This document shows positions 63,690 through 64,000 of a DNA stretch of 64,000 nt, one piece after another (the first letter of the stretch is position 1; the number at the start of each line of letters is the position of its first letter). The DNA comes from Methanocaldococcus sp. 16A (lineage in GTDB: Archaea; AGJL01; Methanococci; Methanococcales; Methanocaldococcaceae), in NCBI GenBank assembly GCA_049860595.1, contig CP187551.1, one strand, 5' to 3'. Both the position numbers and the translations under genes were made by a program. The notes beneath the pieces were generated by a model. The model was not told where the DNA came from. It did no database searches and saw nothing but the letters and a program-made list of their open reading frames with translations.

Positions 63690-64000
63690 TTAAAACTCTT
63701 CAACAGATGTCTTCTCTCTTATCTTTTTAATCTCTTCAAATTCAGGTTTTTTAATCTTTGGCTCAACCCTAATTGGTTGAATTATATTTGTTAGTTTTCC
63801 ACCTGGTGGAACCATTGGTAAAGCTTCAGCAGGGTCTATGACAATATCTAAGAGATATGGCTCATTACTCAATATTGCCTCTTTTAATTTCTCTTTAATC
63901 TCATCTGGGCTTGTTATTCTATCAGCTTTAACACCATAACTTTCAGCTAATTTAACAAAATCTGGACTCTCTCCCAAATGCACTTCACTCTGTCTCTGTC
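63690..64000 (-). CDS. ilvB: acetolactate synthase large subunit, C-terminal part (runs off window end)
   Basis: PDFVKLAESYG...PYLLDIVID...LPMVPPG, typical AHAS C-terminus. Confidence 0.85.
   Translation of the reverse strand, partial: QRQSEVHLGESPDFVKLAESYGVKADRITSPDEIKEKLKEAILSNEPYLLDIVIDPAEALPMVPPGGKLTNIIQPIRVEPKIKKPEFEEIKKIREKTSVEEF

Overview
AT-rich archaeal chromosomal window, most likely a hyperthermophilic methanogen of the genus Methanocaldococcus (reverse gyrase, cimA, F420:NADP oxidoreductase, MtxX, split carB, GGTGA-type RBSs). Most of it is housekeeping genes: prs, wtpBC, uppS, rlmE, gltX, carB1/carB2, trm56, larC, aglB, crcB, cbiE, rgy, taw3, hef, wecB, rnz, fno, pyrC, mcm, cimA, korA and ilvB. 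Accessory and non-coding features read from the DNA: (1) an intact IS6 element with perfect 16-bp TIRs and an 8-bp target duplication, next to a decayed EVE-domain gene; (2) tRNA-Ser(GCT) followed by an eroded tyrosine-integrase relic; (3) a three-gene secreted/surface-protein cluster whose two large members share a C-terminal F-I-(I/V)-G-I-D-P module; (4) a GC-rich structured island with its own TATA box that looks like a tnpB 3' end/omegaRNA remnant; (5) a box C/D sRNA (sR8-like) antisense to a radical SAM gene leader; (6) five copies of a ~75-105-bp MITE-like repeat plus two other palindromic elements. No CRISPR array or rRNA was seen. Functional calls come from motif recognition and recall, not database searches. 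Some start codons were moved to the RBS-supported ATG.
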